From positions 1,488,001 through 1,552,000 of the forward strand of contig JANHCV010000001.1 in assembly GCA_025594325.1 (NCBI GenBank): 64,000 bases of DNA, in the 5' to 3' direction. The notes under the pieces are model-generated. The model saw only the letters and a list, made by a program, of their open reading frames with translations. It did no database searches and was not told the origin of the DNA. The position numbers and the translations under genes were made by a program. This DNA comes from Blastocladiella emersonii ATCC 22665. Lineage: Eukaryota; Fungi; Blastocladiomycota. Positions 22,749-33,756 of the stretch are shown in pieces (position 1 is the stretch's first letter; each line of letters starts with the position of its first letter).

Positions 22749-24438
22749 CTAAGCCTGTCGACACGCCTCAGCCAACGACTCGTAGAGCTTCGCGACGTCG
22801 AGGAACCGGCCGATGACGACGATCCGCGACGGCGCCGACGCGAGGTCGGCCGCGCTCCACGCGTCTTTGGTGTCGAGGAGCTCGAACAAGTCGGTGACGC
22901 CCTGGAGCAGGACCACGTTCCGCTCGCCCGCGACGCGAAGCTTGCCCTTGACGCGCCACAGCTCCATGTTGCCGCGGGAAGCGTCACTCGAGTTGGCGCC
23001 GCCGTCGAGCGAGTACTCCCACACGAGGGCGCCGAGCCACAGCGTGATCTGCTCGCGCGTCACGGCGTGGTCGACGGTCAGGGTGACCGAGGAGACCGAC
23101 TACAGTTGACGCATGACAGTGGTGAGCCGCCTAAGCGTTCCTCGTCGAGAAGTACTAGATCAGGGGCTGAGCGTGCGCGCGCGTGCGTACCTCATCAACG
23201 TGCCCGACATTTGCGGAAGACGATGCCGGCGCTGCATGATCGTGGTCGTGGTTAGTGCATCCAGGCGCTGAGCAGGACGCCGTCGCTATTACCATTGAGG
23301 AAGCAGCGGCGCTGAGCCCGGCCTCAACAGCCGTGAAATCGCGCGCGTCGTACGCGTGCAGGTCAAGAATCTGGTTCAGGTCGATACTAAAGTGAGGACA
23401 ATCGGGAAGTGCAATCAAGGACATAGCGTTAGTCAACTGGACGATGGGTTGCGCTCAAGATCCGGTAGCAAACCGTACCGCGAGCGCTCGGTCCGGAACA
23501 TGGGCGCCATGGCGTTGACGCGGCGCAGCTCGGCCTCGAGCTGGTCCAGCTCGGCCGGCGCCATGAGGTCGATCTTGTTGACGAGGATGCGGTCCGCTAG
23601 GGCGATCTGGCGCACGGCCTCGCGCTCGAACGGACCACGTGCGAGCAGGTTGCGCGCCACGTTCTTGCCGTCGACAACCGTGATCACCCCGTCCAAATAG
23701 ACCTGGCTGCACAGTTCCGCATCCATCCAGAACATGCTGATGATGGGCCTGGGAGGAAATTGAGAGGAATGGTGACCGTCAGCAGGTGGGTCGTGAGAAT
23801 GACCGCGCGGTTCCCGACAGGGAACACGTACTGCGGGTCAGCAAGGCCAGTCGTCTCGAGGAGAATGTAGTCGAACTTGCCGCGCTTCTCCATGAGCGCC
23901 TCGATGGCGCGAACGCCCGTGTCCCTATACACCCGCGTCAATCAGTGACCCGAGCAAAAGTTCCGAGGTTCGAAAGAGCGCACTTGACGCTGCAGCAGAG
24001 ACATCCGTTGCCGAGCTCCATCCACTCCTCGGCCTTCTGCCCGCCTTCGGCCACCGACAGCGACTTCTCCATGTCTTGCGCTACACGGCACGCGCTGACC
24101 CGTTAGATCACTTCGTACCCAGTTCATGGACGGCATGGCACGTACTGTCGCCAAACTCGTTGAGGATAACCGCAATCTTCTTGCCATGGTTCTCGGTCAG
24201 GATGTACTGCGCGTTGCTGAGCGTTAGAACCGTCATCACACCACCCTGATCCGACGCTATGGCATACGTTGAGCAATGTCGTCTTGCCGCTACCAAGCAG
24301 CCCCGTCAGGATCGTGATGGGGACCTTGTCCGCGATCGACGCGGGCGGCGGAACCAGCTCGGCGGGCGCGTCGAGCACGTCCTCGGCGATGAGGTCGGGA
24401 AACTCGTCCCCGTCGAATGCATCTAGTTTCGTTGTCAT
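22749..24438 (-). CDS. ZNG1: CobW/COG0523 zinc metallochaperone GTPase (Zng1/CBWD), multi-exon
   Basis: [71 protein letters not shown] and a CobW_C region (LWRVKG...LLQGV). Confidence 0.93.
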
Positions 24439-24585
24439 GGTTGCAAGCTTCGTTCGCTGGAGGTCAAGCGCCGGAGAGGAGAAGCGAAGAGAGGAGGAGG
24501 TCGATGAGCGAGCGACCAGTCGCCGTGCATCCTTCCGCACCCTCGCTCTCCGCTTCATCATCTATTCTCGTCGGAAACTGCCATC

Positions 24586-25287
24586 ATGTCGGTAAGTCTC
24601 CCTGCAATGTATCTCTGCCGTGCCTAAGCCTGCATCTCACGACCTTGCGACCTTGTGTCGCACTTGAAGATGGATGGGGGCTCGTGAGCAGCTCAGTTGC
24701 GAACCGGCCCTCCTCTACCCCCACCCGCGGATGTATGTAGCCGGTCACGATGCTCACGCGCTCGCTGTACCTTGTGTTGTGCGTGTAGTACCTTCTCCCG
24801 CACCTGACGAACGGCTGGCAGGTGGACCAGGCGATTCTGTCCGAAGAGGACCGCGTGGTGGTGATTCGGTTCGGGCACGACGCCGACGAGGACTGCATGG
24901 TCATGGACGAGACGCTGGCGTCGATTGCGGACAAGGTCAAGAACTTTGCCGTCGTGTACCTGGTCGACATCCGCGAGACGCCCGACTTCAACAAGATGTA
25001 CGAGCTGTACGACAACTGCACGCTCATGTTCTTCTTCCGCAACAAGCACATCATGATCGACCTGGGCACGGGGAATAACAACAAGGTCAACTGGCCGATC
25101 AGCGGTACGCTAAGGCTGTTCCTTGGGTGGTGCTAATGGAGATACGGGAGCTGACGGACGCGCGTGCGCTCGGCGTGTAGAGAAGCAGGAGCTCATCGAC
25201 CTGATCGAGGTCGTGTACCGCGGCGCGCGCAAGGGCCGCGGTCTCGTCATCTCTCCAAAGGATTACTCGACCAAGTACCAGTACTGA
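24586..25287 (+). CDS. DIB1: U5 snRNP thioredoxin-like protein Dib1/Dim1/TXNL4A
   Basis: MS|YLLPHLTNGWQVDQAILSEEDRVVVIRFG...MIDLGTGNNNKVNW...YRGARKGRGLVISPKDYSTKYQY*. Confidence 0.97.
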
Positions 25288-25400
25288 GCGCGGGTGGAGG
25301 AGGACTGACGCGTGGTGATTTGATACTGTTTTTGCATTTCTGGTTGGACTCGACGACGACACACCATCATCACACACACACACGGCTCGAGCAGAGAGAC

Positions 25401-26069
25401 TTACTGGTCGTAGTACTTGGCCTCCATGCCCTCGGGCGGCTTGGTCTCGACCTTGCCCTTGCCGACCTCGTCCCAGTTGGTGGAGAGGGCGGTGCCGTTG
25501 GACTCAACGTAGGACTTGATCATGGCGCGGCGCGTGTCCTCGGAGGCGTTGGCGTAGATCTTCTGGAACAGCGAGTTGAGGGCCTGGTCGCCCTCGGCCT
25601 TGTCCTCCTCGGTGGCGGCCTCCTTGGACAGCTTGTCCCAGTTCTTGGGGCCCTTCTTGGACGAGGACGGGTACGACTTGGCGGCGGACTCGAAGGCGGC
25701 GGACCCGTGGGCCATGGGCACGGCGACCGTGTCCTCGCCCTCGAGCACGGTCCACTTGAGGCCGACGTCGGCCTTGGCCATGGAGATCTCGATCTTGGTG
25801 CCGAGCACCTCGTGGCGCGACGCGGCCGGGTCGACGGCGTGCGCGAGGTCGAGCTCGAGCGTGTACTGCGCGCCCGTGGGCAGGTCGACGGCGACCGACA
25901 GCGCGCGCGGCGTGATGTCGACGTGCACCGCGTCCTTGGCCGCCTTCTTGATGAAGATGGAGACCACGACGTGCGAGTCGGTCTGGTACCACTCGTGGCG
26001 GACCTTGGTCTGCGGCGTGTCGATGGCCTGCGCGGCCGGGGCGGGGGCGGCGGCGGTCGACGACATCAT
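25401..26069 (-). CDS. SGT1: Sgt1 Hsp90 co-chaperone (CS + SGS domains, no TPR)
   Basis: RHEWYQTDSHVVVSIF (CS domain); YPSSSKK..KNWDKL, ALNSLFQKIY and MIKSYVESNGTALSTNW (SGS domain). Confidence 0.93.
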   Translation of the reverse strand: MMSSTAAAPAPAAQAIDTPQTKVRHEWYQTDSHVVVSIFIKKAAKDAVHVDITPRALSVAVDLPTGAQYTLELDLAHAVDPAASRHEVLGTKIEISMAKADVGLKWTVLEGEDTVAVPMAHGSAAFESAAKSYPSSSKKGPKNWDKLSKEAATEEDKAEGDQALNSLFQKIYANASEDTRRAMIKSYVESNGTALSTNWDEVGKGKVETKPPEGMEAKYYDQ

Positions 26070-26372
26070 TTGGGTTGTGCCAGGTTCAGGCGGTGCAGCT
26101 GGTTGCGTTGCAGATACGTTTGCCGATGCAGGGCGCGGGGCAGGAGAAGAGAGGGGAGCGGGAGCCGGACGAGCGACTAGGGCGGGGGTCGCGCGTTGGA
26201 ACGGGTGCGGTGACCCACACGCTTCTGCGGCGTTCCTCGCGCGCGTCAAGTCTGTCGATCGCGTCGCCGCCGAGTCGTCCTCCCGCTCCAGCAACAGCAA
26301 TCGACATTTACACGATTTTATAGATGTATTTACTGTTGACACGAGCTACCAAACCAGTGTGCACGCGCAGGC

Positions 26373-26860
26373 TCACCGGCGGGCGTTGTTCATGGCTTCC
26401 CGGCGCGTCGCGTCCTGCAGCAGCGCCGTGTCGACGTGCTGCGCGGGCAGGTTCACGTAGCGCACGACCGACCCGCGGATGAAGCAGTTCTTAAGCGTCA
26501 TCTACGAGGTGTGCGGTCCCGTGGTCAGTATCGTGAGGGGATCGCGTCCTCCGAGACACTACGTACGACGTGCGGGTACCGCGCCGCGTCCGTGACGCGC
26601 ACGTTGTCGAGCTTGATGTTGAGGAACTGGTCGACGGACGCGAGCGTGCCCTCCATGGTCATGTCGTTCTTGAGCTCCACCGTCACGGTGCGCCCGACCA
26701 GCGTCTTGAAGAAGGAGTAGAACAGCTACTGGTGCGCGCAGCGAGAGGCCAGCGTCAGCGACCCGATCCTTCATTCATTCATGCCCAGTCAGCCGGCCTG
26801 GACGGCCTTTGTGCCGACAAGGGGGTGCCTGGGCGCCGCAGGGCGGAGGTGACAGACCAT
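26373..26860 (-). CDS. LSM2: U6 snRNA-associated Sm-like protein Lsm2
   Basis: ATG|intron|LFYSFFKTLVGRTVTVELKND...SVDQFLNIKL...YPH|MTLKNCFIRGSVVRYV...LLQDATRREA. Confidence 0.96.
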
Positions 26861-27199
26861 GTTTCGGCTCCCGCGCGCGTCACGATAGCAAGAGCTTGAT
26901 GCGTAGAGTTACGTGGGTGCCGTGGCGGCAGTGCGACAAGTCGTTCGTTCGCGAAGGATCGAGCAGCAACGGGAACGGGTCGAAGCACGCGACGAGGCCG
27001 GCCGCCCTGCTCGACGGGGTCACCTGACGCTGGCCGCACCCGGCTTTCCCTCCCCGCCCTCGTCGCTGCGCTGACTCCCGCTCTCCAAAGCTACCACGAC
27101 GACGACGACGACGAGGACGACCACGGCTCGCTGGCCTGTACACGCCTGACGCACCCCGAGACTCTTCGCCCCGCTGTCCACCACCCCGCGCGACCGACC

Positions 27200-28846
27200 A
27201 TGTCCAATTCCGCGCTCTACACGGCCCTGGGCGTGCGCCCCAACGCCTCCGAGGATGAGATCAAGAAGGTACGCCCTCGTGAACCGTCCAGGGACGAGCT
27301 GGATGGCCGTGGTGCTGACGCCTCGCTCGTATCCGTTCGTCTAGGCCTACCGGTACTTGCTCTTCTCTCGCGCCACGAACGAACGACTCTTGCGGGACCT
27401 TATGTGAACGGATGAATGATGGATGATGATGGATGCTGCTGTGAAGACGAACATGGACAGTTGCTAACCTGCCCGGCTGCGCGCTCCCTTCGCTTCCCGC
27501 AGCAAGATGGCCCTCAAGTACCGTACGTGGGCTCTCACCACGACCGCGTACCACCGCCAGTCACACTCACACGCGTTCACCCCGCCCTAGATCCCGACAA
27601 GAACGCCGGCGACGACGCGGCCGAGGCCAAGTTCAAGGAGATCTCGCACGCGTACGAGATCCTGTCGGATCCCGAGAAGCGCGAGATCTACGACACGTAC
27701 GGCGAGGACGGCCTTAACGGCAACGGCGGCATGCCCGGCGGCATGCCCGGCGGGTTTGACGTGAACGATCTCTTCGAGGCCTTCATGGGCGGCGGCGGCG
27801 GCGGCTTTGGCGGCTTCGACCCACACGGCGGACCCGGCGGCCGCCGCGGCTCCCGCAAGCCCCGCAAGGGCGCCGACGTCAAGGTCGAGCTCCCCGTCAC
27901 CCTCGAGGACCTGTACAAGGGCAAGGAGATCAAGCAGGCCCTCACCAAGGACGTGGTGTGCTCCGCGTGCAAGGGGTACGTCCTCATTCCTTCATGTCGC
28001 AGCTCCGGCCGTCTGGCACATCAGCTAACCCGTCTCCTCCACCCGCGCGTGTGTAGCAAGGGCGGCAAGAACGTCAAGCAGTGCCAGGGTTGCGGCGGCG
28101 CCGGGTTCAAGAACGTGGTGCGCCCCGTCGGGCCGGGCATGTACACGCAGGCGCGCGCCGAGTGCGGCAACTGCCAGGGCCGCGGCGAGACGTGCGCGGC
28201 CAAGGACAAGTGCAAGAAGTGCAAGGGCAAGTGCGTGCAGACCGAGAAGAAGACAGTCACGCTGCACGTGGAGCGCGGGATGCGCGACGGCACCCGCATC
28301 GTGCTGCGCGGCGAGGCCGACCAGGAGCCCGGTGTCCCGCCCGGCGACGTGATCGTGATCCTCGACGTCGAGGAGCACCCGGTCTTCACCGTGGTCGGCG
28401 ACGACCTCGAAATGGACATGCAGATCACCCTGTCCGAGGCGCTGTGCGGGTTCACGCGCTACGTCAAGCACCTCGACGGCCGGTTCATCGAGATCACGCA
28501 CCCGCCCGGCCGCGTCATCAAGCCGCGCGACACCAAGTGCGTCGTCGACGAGGGCATGCCGCGCGCCAAGCGGCCCGGAGACAAGGGCAACCTGTACATC
28601 CGCTTCGACGTCGAGTTCCCGCGCGACATGTGGGAGTCGGAGGACCGCATCCAGGAGCTCCGCGCCATGCTCCCGCCCGGCCGCGCCTCGGACAAGCCGC
28701 GCGACAAGAAGGCCATCATCGACCCCGTCTCGCTCACCGAGGCCGGCCGCCGCGAGGGCGCCGGCGCTGGCCACCACGGTGCTACCCACTCGGACAGCGA
28801 GTGGGAGGATGAGGATGACCACCAGCCGGGATGCGCGCACCAGTGA
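27200..28846 (+). CDS. YDJ1: Type I DnaJ/Hsp40 (Ydj1/DNAJA)
   Basis: J domain assembled from micro-exons (EIKK|AYR|KMALKY|HPDK), G/F region, four CxxCxGxG-type repeats and a C-terminal CaaX (CAHQ). Confidence 0.92.
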
Positions 28847-29029
28847 ACGGAACGATGTAGGTTTTGTGATTTGGATTTCATTGAAATGTACTGTACTTGC
28901 TAGCACCTGTTCACGCCGAGGTAGTTGATGTCTTACGCGCTTATATTACGATGCAGCATGGCCTAGGTGAGGTGTGGTGTGGATGACGAGGGAGAGAAAA
29001 GGACGGAGGGGGAACGGGACAAAAACGGC

Positions 29030-31703
29030 CTACAAGTTGAGCTCCAGCAACGACCCGAGCAACGTCTCGAACACGGACTCGACGCTCGGGATCGCGTGCG
29101 CGGGGGCCTCGAGCAGCGCCGCGATTGCTGGCGGCATGCCGGCGACGGCGCGCGCAGCCGCTCCACTCGTCGGTGCTGCGGGCGCGGCGGCAGCGGCAGC
29201 AGCAGCCTGCGGACCGGCCGTTGGCCGGCGGATGAACACGGACGTCCGTGGCGCGGTGCCGGCGACGACCGAGGGCCGCGCGGCGGCGGCAGCGACGGTC
29301 GCGGCGGACAGCGCCTTGTGGGCGCGCGGCGCCGAGAGCACCTTGAGGTTGTGCTCGCGCGTCAGGTACACGAGCTGCGTGTCTTCGGGCGCGGCGTTGG
29401 CCGCCGTGGTGGTGAAGGTGACGGCGAGCACGTCGTCGGCAATGTCCTGGATCGACACGGGCACGGGCGACACGAGGTTGAAGAGCGTGAGCCGCGACGT
29501 GGGGCGGGACGCCGCGTCCTCGGCGTCTTCGACGGGGCTCGCGGGCGAGCCGCCGGCGCTGGGCGCGGCCGTGACGATGGCGAGGTGGTCGCGCTTCGGG
29601 CACACGGCGAACGCGCGGAGCGTCGGGGCCGCATAGCTCCACGCGGGCTCGAGCGTCAGCAGGTTCCACACGCTGACGTGCATCGCGTCGAGGCCGACAA
29701 TGTACGGGCAGGTGGCGGAGCCGAGGCGGACCGCGGTAACGAGGTGGTCGGCGGTCAGGACGCCGGCGAGGACGAGGCTCGCGGGGTCCCACAGCGTGAT
29801 CTGGACGCCGAACGCGACGGCGAGAATCGACCCGTCGGCCGACCACGCGGCGCTGCGCGGCGTGAGCCCGCGGTAGTAGCCCGACGACCGGCACCGCCAC
29901 ACGGGCCGCGGCGCGCCGACGCGCACCTTCGGGTTGCCCGGCGCCGCCGCGACCTTGATCATCTCCCACACGCTGAACTGGCCGCCGTCCTGGGTCGTGG
30001 CGAGCATCGCGTCGCCCGTCGTGGTGGGGCGGAATGCGAGCGAGTGGATCCGCGGCAGCGAGTCGATGCGCGTGTTGAGCTCGTACCGCTGCTCGGCCGT
30101 CTTGAACAGCCAGATACGCAGCGTGCACGTCGACCCGCGCCGCTCGTCGAAGGTCGCCATCCACGTGCCCGTCGGGTCAAAGGCGAGGTGCGTGACCTTG
30201 GGCGTGACGACGCCCTCGCCGGGGATGTAGTTGTAGGGCACGACGGCGAGGTCCAGGACGTGGCAATCGGCGTGCAGGTTGTAGAACTGCACGGTGCCGG
30301 GGGTACCCTCGAGGGCAATGTGGCCGTTGCGCGGCTCGATGGTCAGCAGCGCGCGGAGCGACGTGTCGTCGAGCTGGCCCGCGGCGGCGAGCTTGGTGAA
30401 GGGGTCCTCGAGCTCGGGCGGCTGCAGCGAGACCACGTCGGCGGCGGACGCGGCGCCCGGCTGCTGCTGCTGCTGGAGCTGGAGCTGCTGCTGCGAGCCA
30501 GCCGTGTTGAGGGTCGCGGTGATGGCGGTCGACTTAAGACCGACCACCGACTGCTGCACCGTGAAGCTGGGCGTGTCCACGAAGCGGATCGAGTTATCGA
30601 GGGTAGCGACGGCGAACCGCATCATGTCGGGCGAGACGGAGATGCTGAGGATCTCGGCGCCGAGGCCCTTGCTGAAGTCCTTCTGCGACGTCTCGAGCTG
30701 CCAGACTACGAGGCGGGCCTCGTCACCACCACTGAGCAGCTGGCGGCCGTCGAGCGTGAAGGTGATGTGGTTGACGCACCGCGCGTGCCAGTGGAACGTC
30801 TGCACGAGCGGGTTCTTGGCCTCCTCGTCGGAGAGGCCGAGGACGTGCCACAGCTTGATGCGGCCGCTCTCATCGCCCGCCGCGACGCAGTTGTCGGTCG
30901 GGTGCACGGCGACGCAGGTCATCTTCTTGTTGTTGACGTAGCACTTGGTCGAGTACACGAGGTCGTCGAGGCGCAGGGGCTGGGCGTCCGAGCCGGCGTC
31001 AGCGCGCTCCTCGAGGGTACCGACGTGCAGCTTGAACTTGGACGCCAGGGCAATGCACTTGCCGTCGGTCGACACGTCGAAGGCCGAGCAGATGCGCGTC
31101 TTCATGATGCGGCGGATGTGCGTCGTGTTGAGGTCGATGGCGTAAACGATCGAATTGATCTTGCGCGCCGAACGGCCCGACGACTTGGTCATGACGATGA
31201 AGGCGAGGTTGGGCTGCGCCGGGTGGATGCGGAAGTGCGAGATGGACGCCTGGAGGTCCCACGTCTACAAGGAGAAGAAAGTCGCGCGTCAGGATGCCAC
31301 CCTCGAATTGCGCGAGTGTGGCGGGAGTCCGAACCTTGAGTAGGGCGCCATCATTGATATCCCAGAGGCGGATCGAGCCGTCGAGGCCGGCCGAGTAGAC
31401 CTGGAACGGGTTCTTGGGCGACAGCGCAAGGGCCGTGATGTTGGCCGTGTGCGATGATGGGTGGTCGGGCGGCGAGATGACGCGAAGCTGCTGAGTAGTG
31501 TTCGCCGAGAAGATCTTGATGGACGACGACGCGATGCACAGAACGCTGGCCGAGTCGGCCGTGAAGAGCGGCGGGTGCGACGACAGCTGGCCACCGACCA
31601 CCTTACTTAGGCTGAGGATCTGCGTCTCCTCTGCGGCGGTATCGGCACCGTTGGCGGCCGCACCGCCGACGGGGGACGGCGAAGAAAGATCGCCCGACGG
31701 CAT
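29030..31703 (-). CDS. UTP17: SSU processome UtpA subunit Utp17/Nan1/WDR75
   Basis: GGQLSSHPPLFTADS, VYSAGLDGSIRLWD, TFHWHARCVNHITF and LLSGGDEARLVVWQL. One intron near 31270-31340. Confidence 0.88.
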
Positions 31704-32523
31704 GGTGGAAGAGAGCCCGGCGAGTAGTGTCGATAACGTGGTGCTGTGCGGGATTACGGCGGCGGCTCGTTTCGTGGGCGCGCGATTCGCTACGCTTGCA
31801 GGAACTACGTTGACGGCTTCGTGCAACCCGGCCAGTGACACGCGTCGATACACCGTGATTGGCGACGGCGACGCGAGCGTGAGCGCGGTGGGGCGACAAG
31901 TGCGCCTTGGTCAGACCGCATCACCTGACCCGTTGTGAGGCCGCTTTGAGCGCTGCTTTTGACGACCCTGACGTCCTCTTCCATCCGCAAGGTCTCCGTA
32001 CCCGCCAAAAGCTCTTCCATGGAACAGTTCAACTTCATGCAATTGACATTGAGAACACTGGAATACTCTCGCAGACGCGACGTACCGCCTGCTTCGCCAC
32101 CCCACAGATCGCTTCTCGAGCACCGGCCGCCGTGACCATGTCCACTGCGATCTACTTGTGTGCTGGATCTTCCGTGATGCTTACGTTGCACGAGATTGGC
32201 ACCGCCCTCACACGGTAACTTGGGCATGAGATTTGAGCTTCCCTCACCGACGCGGTCCAAGAAGCCTTCGCGCGCTTGGTCGGTTACACTTGAGCGTGCG
32301 CCCCCCAAACCAACCTTACAATGTGACTTGCCGATCCCGTTGTATCGGCTGCCTTGACCCAACTCGCAGCACGCCATCGCACGATTGTTGCCCGCGCAAA
32401 GCACGCAAGTTTGAGACTTGTCGTGGCATAAGCGACGGCGGTGGCCCCGTTGCTCAGCTTTTCACTCAGCGACCCGACTGAGGCGGTTGCAGAGTATCAA
32501 GGGATCGAGGCCGGTCATGTATT

Positions 32524-33179
32524 CTACTGTTGCTGCTTCTGCTGCGCCCGTGCCGCTTCGCGCTCGCGGGCCATGGCCTCTGTGTCCAATGCCATCCTCC
32601 TGTCGCTAATCTCGAACTCCCGCTGGATACGCGCAATGAGCTCCGCCCTGCTCGATTGATGCCTCTTTTGATGGACATGGTGAGAACGAGGCGGTGCAGC
32701 AGGAGTGATAGTCTTTGGGATCGCAGCGATGCTGACGTGGTTGCTCGCAGGCTTTGGTGCCTCCGGAGCGGTTTGCACACCCGAGACGGACTGCTGCACG
32801 GGTGTGATCGTATGCTGCTCGAGCCGATTGACGAGGTCGAGCATGCGCGGGTCTTGGAACATAGCGTTCCGCACGCACTTGATGATTTCCGGCGGAGCTG
32901 CGCAGACTTCACCACTGCGAGCCCGTCTGGATTGCTGACTACCCGGACACCGGGGGCCGAGTGCAAGGCCCGAACCGGGCGAGCGCTGGTATGCACCGTT
33001 TGGGGAGCTTGAGCTAGATGCGAGGCAGCGGTAGCAGTTAGAGGGAGGAAAGTTTTACGTTGCTTCGCCGTCCGCACTTGAGGCCATGACGAGGCTTCTG
33101 TGAGAGCCGCTTGCCGAGGGAGGGCGGCGAGCGACTTTATGTAAGCCTCAAGACTGGCTCGGTGCCTGGATGCATTCAT
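32524..33179 (-). other. Possible degraded or orphan ORF fragments in a lower-GC island
   Basis: Overlapping ORFs in different frames, one ending in a coiled-coil-like stretch (ELIARIQREFEISDRRMALDTEAMARERE). Codon usage differs from flanking genes and no family was recognised. Confidence 0.2.
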
Positions 33180-33756
33180 TCACGGAGGGTGGTCAGCCCC
33201 TGATCGGCCAACTGACCGCCTTGCACTCCGCTCCGCCACCTCACGTGCGGATGACCGGCGCGCCTCAGCATACGGATGGACCCCTCACCGCTTGCACGAC
33301 GGATGAACCTCTCAGAACTTGAGGTACAGCTCGGGCCCAGGACGGTCCGCGACGCTCTTCGTGAGCTGCGGCCCAATCGTTCGTCAAAACTCCACCCGCT
33401 CACCCGGCTAGTTGTGTCGTTCGATCACCCTGGGGCTCCGCAGCAGTAACACAATGCGAGGAATAGTTGCAGGAGCATGTGCTGGTCGGCGAAGTCCGGC
33501 GGGGGCAGTGGAGCGGTCGCAACGCGGAAGCGGAAGTGTTGGGTCATGCAACCGCGACTTCCGGGGCACGCGTCGAGGCGTCGAGGCATCGGGGACCTAC
33601 AAAAGCCACGCGTTTCCCGCTCCCCCGAGTTCGAGAACAGCAGCCGATCGCCATTCTTCCGAGCGACCCAAACTCTCATCACATCCATGTAAGCAGCAGC
33701 ACTCTGACCCCATGCAACACGTTCCCAGACTCACGATACACGCTTCCCTGCTAGCC

